NCBI GenBank assembly: GCA_964373575.1
Contig: CAYJVB010000001.1
Location: 8,262-72,261, forward strand
From: an uncultured archaeon
GTDB lineage: Archaea > Aenigmatarchaeota > Aenigmatarchaeia > CG10238-14
Reading direction: 5' to 3'
DNA: 64,000 nt
Shown: positions 27,331 through 35,166 of the stretch, piece by piece
How positions within the stretch are numbered: the first letter of the stretch is position 1
Layout: each line of letters opens with the position of its first letter
The notes under the pieces: model-generated
Told to the model about the DNA's origin: nothing
Seen by the model: only the letters and a program-made list of their open reading frames with translations
Databases searched by the model: none
Program-made: the position numbers and the translations under genes

Positions 27331-29885
27331 ATATCGTGATAAAAATAATTTTTCAAACACCAACATCAGATCCACCAAAAGATAAACCCGATTCACCAAA
27401 ACCAGAAGAACCAACAAAAGAAGAACCAAAATCAACAAAACCATCAATTGACTGGAGAACTATAATAATTTTTTTATCATCATTAGCAGTAGCAGGTTCA
27501 ACAGTATTTGCAATCTATTATTTCAAACTCATTACCATATTTCTAGATCCCACATTAGTGATGATCGCTTATGGACTGATTTTTCTCACTATTTTTTTTG
27601 GTATAATGGCTTTGTTCAATATTAGTTTCGCAAAGAAAATTTTAATATTGGTAATAGTAGCAGATATTATTTTTGCTTCTTTTTTCATCTTTGTAAGTAC
27701 TGCTTTTGGAAAGGAAGCTGCAGCATCTGCAATATTCTTCTTCAAAAAAGCCACAAAAGACATCGGTAAAAGTTTTTGTTACCTAAAGCCAGAAAACATT
27801 GCTACTGGCGATTATTCTGATTGTCGGGAAGATGAAGTTGAAAAGGAAGGAGAGTATGAAAGCTTAATGGTGGAGTTTGGTACAAAAGAAGGCAATAATT
27901 TAATACCAATATTAAAACCTGAAAAAGGAGAACCCTACACTTTAGATCTAACTTTGTCTAATGTCAATTCTCAGCAAGATATTGTTGTCAAATCCATTAC
28001 CGCATACGCTTCTGTAACACCCTTATCCGCTTTAAATGATCCAGAAAGATTGTCACTCACCAAAACAGAATATCTCGACGAATTTACATTGAAAGCCGGA
28101 AAACAGCAATGGTTAAGAATTAACTTTGATTCAATACCTGAATGTACTAGTTTAATATATTTCCTTACTAGAACAACAACTTTGCAAAAAGGCGGAGGAA
28201 TTTCATACTTCAGAATAATTCCAACACGTCAGGGCTTAGATGAGAAATATTTTGATACTAAATACACTCTACCATCAACAAAAACTGATGCAGGACCCGT
28301 CGATGCTTACGCCTTTGTCTATTCAACACTTCCTAAATTAATAGTAATGGACGAATTACAAGGAAATAGTTTCGATGTAATAATAAAAGTTGCAAACTTA
28401 TTCAAAAAAGGTGTTGCGGGTGTTAAATCTTTAAACTTATCAACGACTTTTGATTATATCACCATCGACAAATGTTCATCGCCAAAAATTCCTGATATAG
28501 AACTCACAAAATGTTCAGAGCAGGAGCAAGAAAACTGCGTTAAGATGAATTTAGAACAGGAAGAAAATTTAGACATCGCTGATACTCTTGAAATCGACTG
28601 CAAGGCAACAATCGATTCTTCAAAATATGATGAGAATGCAGTCACCGGTTGGATTCGTGTATCAACAGAATATGAACATTCAATAGATTCGGAAGATTTC
28701 CCAAGAAAGGCAGTATGTAATAATCCTACAATAATAGGAGGATCCTTTGGTACAGGCGGATGTCCAGAAAACCAGTGCCTGTTGGACAGACCTTCTAAAA
28801 ACAATGTTCAATATCCTTCATGTGGTAATAAAATTATAGTTGAAGGGACAGATCCAACAAAACCAGATTCATGTGACAGCCCGAAAAATATTTACAACTT
28901 CATACACGATAATTCAAAAACAGCATTGGATCCTTATGATGTAGATAATCCACAGCTCAAATCAGAAATAGAAAGTCAACTTACAACAACTAACTTTTTA
29001 GGTTTATCCGTTCGCATTAACAACAAGGTAGTTCCTAAATTAGCAGAAGTTGAAAACATAATTAACTCTAAATATTCGCATAGCGGTACAACATATGAAT
29101 TCCCAAGCGGTACATATACTTTCAAAAATAGCGGTAGCTACAATTTCAGGACAAATGTTAATAACCCAAGCGTTTTGAGTTCTCATTCTTTTGGTACAGC
29201 ATTGGATTTGAATGCAGAAACAAACTGGGGCAATCTTGCTGGTTACTCATGTCAATTTGATATTCCTCCTGAATTAGTTGAGGCGTTCGAATCTATAGGT
29301 TTCAGATGGGGAGGTAGATATTGGCCTCAGTTAGATCCAATGCATTTTGAGTATATACCAAGTTGTATCTCTACGTCGTCAAGTTCTACTGGAGATAATA
29401 CAATTTTAGCAAAATGTCCGAGCCAAGATGAAATAAAACAAAAAATTGCAAGCACAGCAAAATCTATTGGCGTACCAGTAGATATAATGTTAGCAGTATC
29501 TGAAGTTGAATCAGGCTTCTCGCATTGCGATGCATATGGTAATGTAAAAATAGGAAGAGCAGCAGGAGAAGTAGGTTTATTTCAAGTAACACCCGGAACT
29601 GCTGGTTGTTCTAAAGAATATCTTAGAGATCCAAATAACAATATCGAATGTGGTGTTAAAGTTTTCAAAGGAAAACATGATGCTTATTATCCATCAAATA
29701 GCAATGGCGATAAAACAGATCCAAATGATGTAGACTACGATCCTCTTAATTGCGGTTATTACTATCCCGATGAATGGGACAGAGCTATTAGAGGTTATAA
29801 TGGATGGGGCTGTCCTTACGAATCAAATAAAAATTATGTGAATTTAGTTAAAGATCGAGTGCCAAAATACAGCAGTTATAATTAA
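27327..29885 (+). CDS. Membrane-anchored bifunctional murein hydrolase: VanY/M15-type D-Ala-D-Ala (or L-Ala-D-Glu) peptidase domain plus a lytic transglycosylase (SLT) domain
   Basis: Pro/Lys/Glu-rich N-terminus, then about 4 TM helices. M15 motifs SHSFGTALDLNAE and DPMHFEY (~29170..29350). SLT motifs SEVESGFS ... GLFQVTPGTAG (~29440..29700). Confidence 0.6.
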   Translation: MNIVIKIIFQTPTSDPPKDKPDSPKPEEPTKEEPKSTKPSIDWRTIIIFLSSLAVAGSTVFAIYYFKLITIFLDPTLVMIAYGLIFLTIFFGIMALFNISFAKKILILVIVADIIFASFFIFVSTAFGKEAAASAIFFFKKATKDIGKSFCYLKPENIATGDYSDCREDEVEKEGEYESLMVEFGTKEGNNLIPILKPEKGEPYTLDLTLSNVNSQQDIVVKSITAYASVTPLSALNDPERLSLTKTEYLDEFTLKAGKQQWLRINFDSIPECTSLIYFLTRTTTLQKGGGISYFRIIPTRQGLDEKYFDTKYTLPSTKTDAGPVDAYAFVYSTLPKLIVMDELQGNSFDVIIKVANLFKKGVAGVKSLNLSTTFDYITIDKCSSPKIPDIELTKCSEQEQENCVKMNLEQEENLDIADTLEIDCKATIDSSKYDENAVTGWIRVSTEYEHSIDSEDFPRKAVCNNPTIIGGSFGTGGCPENQCLLDRPSKNNVQYPSCGNKIIVEGTDPTKPDSCDSPKNIYNFIHDNSKTALDPYDVDNPQLKSEIESQLTTTNFLGLSVRINNKVVPKLAEVENIINSKYSHSGTTYEFPSGTYTFKNSGSYNFRTNVNNPSVLSSHSFGTALDLNAETNWGNLAGYSCQFDIPPELVEAFESIGFRWGGRYWPQLDPMHFEYIPSCISTSSSSTGDNTILAKCPSQDEIKQKIASTAKSIGVPVDIMLAVSEVESGFSHCDAYGNVKIGRAAGEVGLFQVTPGTAGCSKEYLRDPNNNIECGVKVFKGKHDAYYPSNSNGDKTDPNDVDYDPLNCGYYYPDEWDRAIRGYNGWGCPYESNKNYVNLVKDRVPKYSSYN

Positions 29886-30790
29886 TTAGGAGAAACAATA
29901 GAGCAAATATCATTATTTGACATTATTACAAAATCATTTGAACATTTAACAACGCTAGGTAAATCTTCTGGTTTATATTTAGAGCCGGTAGCAATTTTTT
30001 CAACTAAAAACTTCACTCCTATTACACTTTCTGTTCTAGAATTTGTTTCAGAATCATATAGCCAATATTTTCCTTTTTCACTAATAACAACCTTAACATA
30101 ATCTAACCTATCTGTTAATTCTATTGCTATTCTATCATTTTCCAATTCACCTTTGATTTCATTCAAATCCTCACCAGAATTTATTTTGTTAATTACTTTT
30201 TCTGCAACATTCAAAATTTCAGCAAAATTTGTTTTCAAATGTGTTTTAATCGAAAATTCTTTAGATATCTTAAAAGGACTTTCATCATAAGTTATTGTAA
30301 CCGAACCCAGATCAACTGAAATTTCTTGCAATTCAAATACACCCACCGCATTTTTCTCATTCCAATCTAAAGACCAATATTTCGATCTACTTCTATCACT
30401 AAAAAATTTAATATAGTCGTTGAAGTAATTTTTGAAGTATGATTTTGATAAATCAGCAATATTTTGTTTAATTTCGTCTCTCGGAACGCTTTTCCAATAT
30501 GGCAATCGTTCTACAAGATTAAACTCAATTGAATTAGTTTTAGTTACCGAAATTTGCCCAATGTCTTTTACTGTCTGCAAAGTAGCCAAATCACCCGCCA
30601 TTTGTATCATTTTTCCTGTAGTTTCTAGTCTATTCCCCTCTTGCAGAATTTTTTCTTGAAACGACCTTTTTTCAATAATAATTTTCGTTCCAAAGAAGAA
30701 CAAAGCTCCTACCACAGCAAGTACTAACATAATAGCTATCCCAACTACAAAAAACCCCTTTTTATTGCTCGCCATTTCGTATCTAATCAT
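29882..30790 (-). CDS. Pilin-like protein (class III N-terminus); last gene of the minor-pilin operon
   Basis: MIRYEMASNKKG|FFVVGIAIMLVLAVVGALFFFG. Confidence 0.45.
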   Translation of the reverse strand: MIRYEMASNKKGFFVVGIAIMLVLAVVGALFFFGTKIIIEKRSFQEKILQEGNRLETTGKMIQMAGDLATLQTVKDIGQISVTKTNSIEFNLVERLPYWKSVPRDEIKQNIADLSKSYFKNYFNDYIKFFSDRSRSKYWSLDWNEKNAVGVFELQEISVDLGSVTITYDESPFKISKEFSIKTHLKTNFAEILNVAEKVINKINSGEDLNEIKGELENDRIAIELTDRLDYVKVVISEKGKYWLYDSETNSRTESVIGVKFLVEKIATGSKYKPEDLPSVVKCSNDFVIMSNNDICSIVSPN

Positions 30791-31259
30791 AAGTCGAAAA
30801 TTCCCCCGGAATTACGAAATTTCTACCATCATAAATTTGTGGAAACACAAAAGTTGTTCTAAAGTTATATTTTCCTGTTACAAAATTTCGTTTGCTATTG
30901 CAGGAAACGTCATGACCACCAGAAATAACATGATCTCTGTCATTTTTTATACCTCCAAGCAAAAATTTATAGCAGGTCGAAGAAGCTAATTTATTCATAG
31001 TTTCTTCTAATTCTGTTGAAGTTTGCACCTCATCCTTCACTAAAGCAACAGCCAAATTGTCGTTATTTAAATAATATCTTGAATTTACAATTGCAAGCGG
31101 TATTAAACTGTTCTGACTTAAAGTTATTGTCTGCTCTCTGGCAACTGTTATGGTATATGTAAAAAGGTAAACAAATATGACAAGTGAAATAGCTGCAAAA
31201 ACTAGAAAAATGTTTATTGCTAATAGAGTTGCAATTCCCTTAGAATCCATCCGGAACAT
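30783..31259 (-). CDS. Pilin-like protein (class III N-terminus)
   Basis: MFRMDSKG|IATLLAINIFLVFAAISLVIFVYLF. It overlaps its neighbours by 8 and 20 nt, which indicates operon coupling. Confidence 0.45.
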   Translation of the reverse strand: MFRMDSKGIATLLAINIFLVFAAISLVIFVYLFTYTITVAREQTITLSQNSLIPLAIVNSRYYLNNDNLAVALVKDEVQTSTELEETMNKLASSTCYKFLLGGIKNDRDHVISGGHDVSCNSKRNFVTGKYNFRTTFVFPQIYDGRNFVIPGEFSTYD

Positions 31260-32076
31260 TTAAAATCACTCTCGTACCATCGTTTTCTATTTTAGCAGGG
31301 AAACAGCCTATTGGCCATCTTTCAGTTGATATTTCATCAATTCTTTTGTTAACTTCTTGTATGTTAAAACCACAGCTTATAACTTTACAAAGCTCTGTTC
31401 CATCTGAGGATAAGATGCATATTTTATAGTTATTAGTAGAGGATATTTTTTCAATTTTGATACCATCACTCGTTTGCATCAATTCATAAATGCTTATATC
31501 ATTTGAATATTTATTTTTAGAACATGCAATAGCTAAATTATTAGCGATATTTGAAAGTGGTGTTTTTACCAAATTAATCTTCATTTCAGCAGGATATCTT
31601 TCATTGTTTCCATCTGCAATAACTACGGGTATGCTATAAGTCCTCAAAAACTTTTCACCAGGAATTTGTTTGCATTTTTTACCCTGTTCAAAAAAATTTT
31701 TAATTGAGACAGCAGGAAATCCGATATCAAAAGACTCTTCTGTCTTCAAATTTTTTACTTGGAGTGAATAATCATATTCTATGTAGCTGCAACAATCTAA
31801 CTCTTTTTTTGAATCTCTAATTTCAATCAACTTTTCTTTTGAAATAACCGCTTTCTCTGGCTGGTTATTAGTATCTTTGACAACGAGATCAGAAGATGTT
31901 GCTATAACATTCAATATATTAATCGCCTTTCCGACTTCTTCATAAACCTCCTTTTCATTTTTGAATTTTACAATGTCACCAGTTAGAAAACCAAAAATTA
32001 GAATAACAACGGATAAAGTAACTAAAGCGCCAATTAACTCTCCAAAACCTATTGCTATAGATAATCCTTTATTCAA
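31240..32076 (-). CDS. Pilin-like protein (class III N-terminus)
   Basis: MNKG|LSIAIGFGELIGALVTLSVVILIFGFL. The Glu in GFGELIG resembles the conserved Glu of type IV pilins. Confidence 0.5.
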   Translation of the reverse strand: MNKGLSIAIGFGELIGALVTLSVVILIFGFLTGDIVKFKNEKEVYEEVGKAINILNVIATSSDLVVKDTNNQPEKAVISKEKLIEIRDSKKELDCCSYIEYDYSLQVKNLKTEESFDIGFPAVSIKNFFEQGKKCKQIPGEKFLRTYSIPVVIADGNNERYPAEMKINLVKTPLSNIANNLAIACSKNKYSNDISIYELMQTSDGIKIEKISSTNNYKICILSSDGTELCKVISCGFNIQEVNKRIDEISTERWPIGCFPAKIENDGTRVILNVPDGF

Positions 32077-32527
32077 TAATTTCCACCTTCAATTTGTTAA
32101 TAGAATATTCTTTTCTGATTTTTACATCAAAAAAATTCTCAATTTTATCGGGTGCAGTGAAATCAACTCCAGAGCTCGATGAAGTTTTCTTGAAAAGGTT
32201 TTCCAGTTCTTCTTGATTAAATCCTAATGGCAATGATGTAGCTCCCTGTTCTGCATCTATAAAAACCATTCTTCTACCAAATAACGCCGTATAAAAAAAT
32301 TTTGTTGCTGGTTTTAAATAAATTATTTCAACAGAACCCGGAACACCAGCGGATACAGTAATAAGCTCGCTTAAACCATCACTTACAGCCTCTGAACTTC
32401 CTTTGACAAAAAAGTAAGTGAATACGGCAACACCTTCGAGTATTTTACCGGCCATCATTAAGGTAATAATAAAAATACCGATCGTAATTAAGATAAAATT
32501 TAACGCCTCTTTACCCATTCCAAACAC
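32069..32527 (-). CDS. Possible pilin-like/membrane protein in the pilin operon
   Basis: MFGMGKE|ALNFILITIGIFIITLMMAG hydrophobic N-terminus. Coupled to its neighbours. Confidence 0.35.
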   Translation of the reverse strand: MFGMGKEALNFILITIGIFIITLMMAGKILEGVAVFTYFFVKGSSEAVSDGLSELITVSAGVPGSVEIIYLKPATKFFYTALFGRRMVFIDAEQGATSLPLGFNQEELENLFKKTSSSSGVDFTAPDKIENFFDVKIRKEYSINKLKVEIIE

Positions 32528-33200
32528 ATCCTATTTGTTTTTCACAAGCTTCCTCGCCTTTCACTATAATATTTCCACTTGCATCTACTATATCGTGGAA
32601 TGAGTAGCAGGGTATAACTGTGCCTAAACATTTATCAATATCAGGACATATAGCTCGTCTACATGATGTATCTCTTGTTTTAACTAAACTACATCCTTTT
32701 TGTCCTCCGCATTTATCTAAAGGCGAACTGCTTGATACGCCAAACAATGTACAAATAGCTGCATCACCAGTACATCTCGGTATAAAAACTTCTTTCACTG
32801 TTATTACAACATCATACTCTTTAGCTTTAGAAGCGTCAAGTTTACCACCCTCTTTAGAGAAGTCAAAGATCACAGAATTCATTCCATATGGACACTGTGT
32901 ATTTATCTTTCGAATAAAATCTTCATTCTTCAACCGGTATTCTAAGTTCATGTCACTTCCTTTGAATTCAGCATACGTTACGCAATCCAGCAGCTCAATT
33001 TTAGAAATATCGTCAATATCAGAATCTCCTATTTGACAAGCCCTATCTATAATTCCACTTATTTTGTTTTTAAAAAGATAATTGCACGCATCATTTTTTA
33101 CTTTCTGTCCTATTACACCAGAAATCGCTACAACAACACCTATAATCAAAACAGTTCCTATAATTACCACTATGAACGAATCAACGCTGCCTTTCATCAA
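32511..33200 (-). CDS. Pilin-like protein with a Cys-rich globular domain
   Basis: MMKG|SVDSFIVVIIGTVLIIGVVVAISGVIG. Twelve Cys in the C-terminal domain. Confidence 0.45.
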   Translation of the reverse strand: MMKGSVDSFIVVIIGTVLIIGVVVAISGVIGQKVKNDACNYLFKNKISGIIDRACQIGDSDIDDISKIELLDCVTYAEFKGSDMNLEYRLKNEDFIRKINTQCPYGMNSVIFDFSKEGGKLDASKAKEYDVVITVKEVFIPRCTGDAAICTLFGVSSSSPLDKCGGQKGCSLVKTRDTSCRRAICPDIDKCLGTVIPCYSFHDIVDASGNIIVKGEEACEKQIGCVWNG

Positions 33201-33239
33201 TTAAGAATAGATTTTTGTGGTTATTTATTTTATCTTGAG

Positions 33240-33542
33240 TTAAACATCTTCGCAATCTATAATTGCACCACCTGAAGAACCAGGTTTGCATACTGCCTCG
33301 TTATCACAAAAATCTCCTCTACCACCAAAATTACCACTACATTTTCCATCTGTATCAGAAAAATCTTTTGGAAAATCTCCTGTTTGTAAAGTACACCACT
33401 CAGCTAACAACGCTTTACATCCATTGAAAGCAACAGAATCTCTAAATGGTCCCAATCCAAGATATAATAAACTTACAATAACACCAAGAACTATTAACGC
33501 TAAAATAATCTTAACAATCGTTTCTTGAGCCATTCCTTTCAT
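33240..33542 (-). CDS. Small pilin (100 aa). It is the best candidate for the major pilin or a pseudopilin subunit.
   Basis: MKG|MAQETIVKIILALIVLGVIVSLLYLGLG is a class III signal with Glu at +4 and a hydrophobic helix, followed by a short Cys-containing head. Confidence 0.5.
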   Translation of the reverse strand: MKGMAQETIVKIILALIVLGVIVSLLYLGLGPFRDSVAFNGCKALLAEWCTLQTGDFPKDFSDTDGKCSGNFGGRGDFCDNEAVCKPGSSGGAIIDCEDV

Positions 33543-33604
33543 TGTACCACTAAACTAGATTTGATTTTTTTCTATATTAATCTTTCCTATCACTCAGAAA
33601 TCCG

Positions 33605-33763
33605 TTAAAATATGTTTTCCAAACCCTTCTTAATGGTTTCTATAACTTTTGTGATTAAGTCGGGTGCAGATTTTGACAAAATAAACAGCGTTACAACTAG
33701 TAAAACTAAAAACACTATCCCAACAACTAATAAAACTAGAATTTTTTGGCTTTCTTCTGGCAT
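33605..33763 (-). CDS. Small membrane protein of 52 aa (MPEESQKILVLLVVGIVFLVLLVVTLFILSKSAPDLITKVIETIKKGLENIF). It is the first gene of the pilin operon and is not in the ORF track.
   Basis: Clean ATG...TAA ORF on the minus strand with a single TM helix. The plus-strand ORF 33612..33821 over the same DNA looks less plausible. Confidence 0.3.
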   Translation of the reverse strand: MPEESQKILVLLVVGIVFLVLLVVTLFILSKSAPDLITKVIETIKKGLENIF

Positions 33764-33789
33764 TGTACTAGCCCACCACATCTATCATT

Positions 33790-33905
33790 CTATCTCTAAA
33801 GTATACTTCACTTGGAGTTAAATATCCTAGTGCTTGATTCTTTTGTAATTGTAATATGTCACAAATCCATTCAATGTCTTGAATTTGTTGTCTTCTTCTT
33901 CATAA
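33790..33905 (-). pseudogene. Remnant of an integrase/transposase (rve-type DDE) C-terminus; degraded mobile-element scar
   Basis: The minus-strand frame translates to ELVKKIVIRWYRTYEEEDNKFKTLNGFVTYYNYKRIKH*. This resembles the conserved C-terminal FN..L..FI.YYN..R.H tail of IS3/IS481/retroviral-type integrases, but it is bounded by stops and no full ORF exists. Confidence 0.3.
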
Positions 33906-34142
33906 GTCCTATACCATCTGATGACGATTTTTTTCACTAATTCTTAAATGACTAGCAATCGTATAATTAGTCTACCATCAATTTTCTTTTCATAATCAAT
34001 CTTCTCTATCTTAATTCTCTACCCACAATATCGCCCCCTGTTTAATTGTTATAATAGGAGTGACTTATGTTATAGGACAGCACAAAATTTTCATGAACCC
34101 AATAAACTTAAATAATAATATGAGCCATTCTTTTTGATATAA

Positions 34143-34529
34143 ATGTTTCAAGATCCAAAAACAAGAGAATATATAAAAATTGAACCAAATTTGCTTTATA
34201 GAACTGATGAAGCAGCTGCTTTTTTAAAAGTTGAACCTGGTACAGTCAGGGTTATGATAAGAGATGGAAGATTAGATGCCACATATTTAGGAAGATATCG
34301 TGTTTTAGGTCAAACTTTATTGAATATGACAGAATATGCTCCTCCGATAGATGTTCTATATACTCCAGAAGAAGTCGCCGCATATCTAAGATACAGAACA
34401 CGTACTATACATGCTATGATAAGAAATGGGAGATTGAAAGCAGTTGATATTTCAGGAGGCGGAAAACCTCGTTATAGAGTCTGGAAAAAAGACATTCAAG
34501 CATTATTAACCAATTATTCAGTTAAATAA
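34143..34529 (+). CDS. Protein with two tandem excisionase-family (HTH_17/MerR-like) DNA-binding domains
   Basis: Internal repeat: AAAFLKVEPGTVRVMIRDGRLDATYLGRYRV versus VAAYLRYRTRTIHAMIRNGRLKAVDISGGGKPRYRV. This is the pattern of Xis / helix-turn-helix_17 domains. Confidence 0.5.
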   Translation: MFQDPKTREYIKIEPNLLYRTDEAAAFLKVEPGTVRVMIRDGRLDATYLGRYRVLGQTLLNMTEYAPPIDVLYTPEEVAAYLRYRTRTIHAMIRNGRLKAVDISGGGKPRYRVWKKDIQALLTNYSVK

Positions 34530-34557
34530 TAAAAAGCAAAAGAAACCTCTTATATTT

Positions 34558-35166
34558 TCAATACCGTCTATATTTTTCTTTAAGTTTCGTAAATTTATCA
34601 TCTTTTTTCTTTAGTCTCCAAACATAAATAACAACAGCACTTACAATCCCAACAATTGAAAATATAATGAGAGTTTTCATGTTACCGGGTTTTATAATTG
34701 TTGTGGTAGTCGTTATAGATACACATTCTTTCGGGCAAATAAGTTCAGATTCTCCCCTATCAGATTCACAAATATTATTCTCATTGCAGATGTAACCCGA
34801 AAGCTCAACCTCTTTTATAACCGTATCATTATGCAAAAATCTGATAGTTCTATATTCATCATTCCACGGTATTCTATGATACGCTCGCGAATAATTCACT
34901 TCACCAACTTCAAACTTATAGAAAACGACAGGAATCGTCAACGCCACTAAAGTGTTATTTCCTTCTCCTCTAATAAATAACTGATACTCCTCCGTTCCAG
35001 GTGTATAAAATACTGTTCCATTAGAATATTTTATATCAACTATCTCAATAGAATCATCTATGTATATAACATAATTCAAAATCAAAATCGGTTCTGCATA
35101 TGATATTTGTAACAAAAACAACAAACTAAATAGCAGACTAACAAAAACAATGATAAATTTAGTCAC
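34558..35166 (-). CDS. Secreted protein with a C-terminal TM anchor (202 aa); function unknown
   Basis: Sec signal MTKFIIVFVSLLFSLLFLLQISYA. C-terminal TTTTIIKPGNMKTLIIFSIVGIVSAVVIYVWRLKKKDDK. Confidence 0.45.
   Translation of the reverse strand: MTKFIIVFVSLLFSLLFLLQISYAEPILILNYVIYIDDSIEIVDIKYSNGTVFYTPGTEEYQLFIRGEGNNTLVALTIPVVFYKFEVGEVNYSRAYHRIPWNDEYRTIRFLHNDTVIKEVELSGYICNENNICESDRGESELICPKECVSITTTTTIIKPGNMKTLIIFSIVGIVSAVVIYVWRLKKKDDKFTKLKEKYRRY

Noticed and set aside
33612-33821. 69-aa plus-strand ORF
   Set aside because: The opposite-strand 52-aa ORF (33605..33763) is co-oriented with the pilin operon, has a clean TM helix and better context. The plus-strand ORF is probably its shadow.
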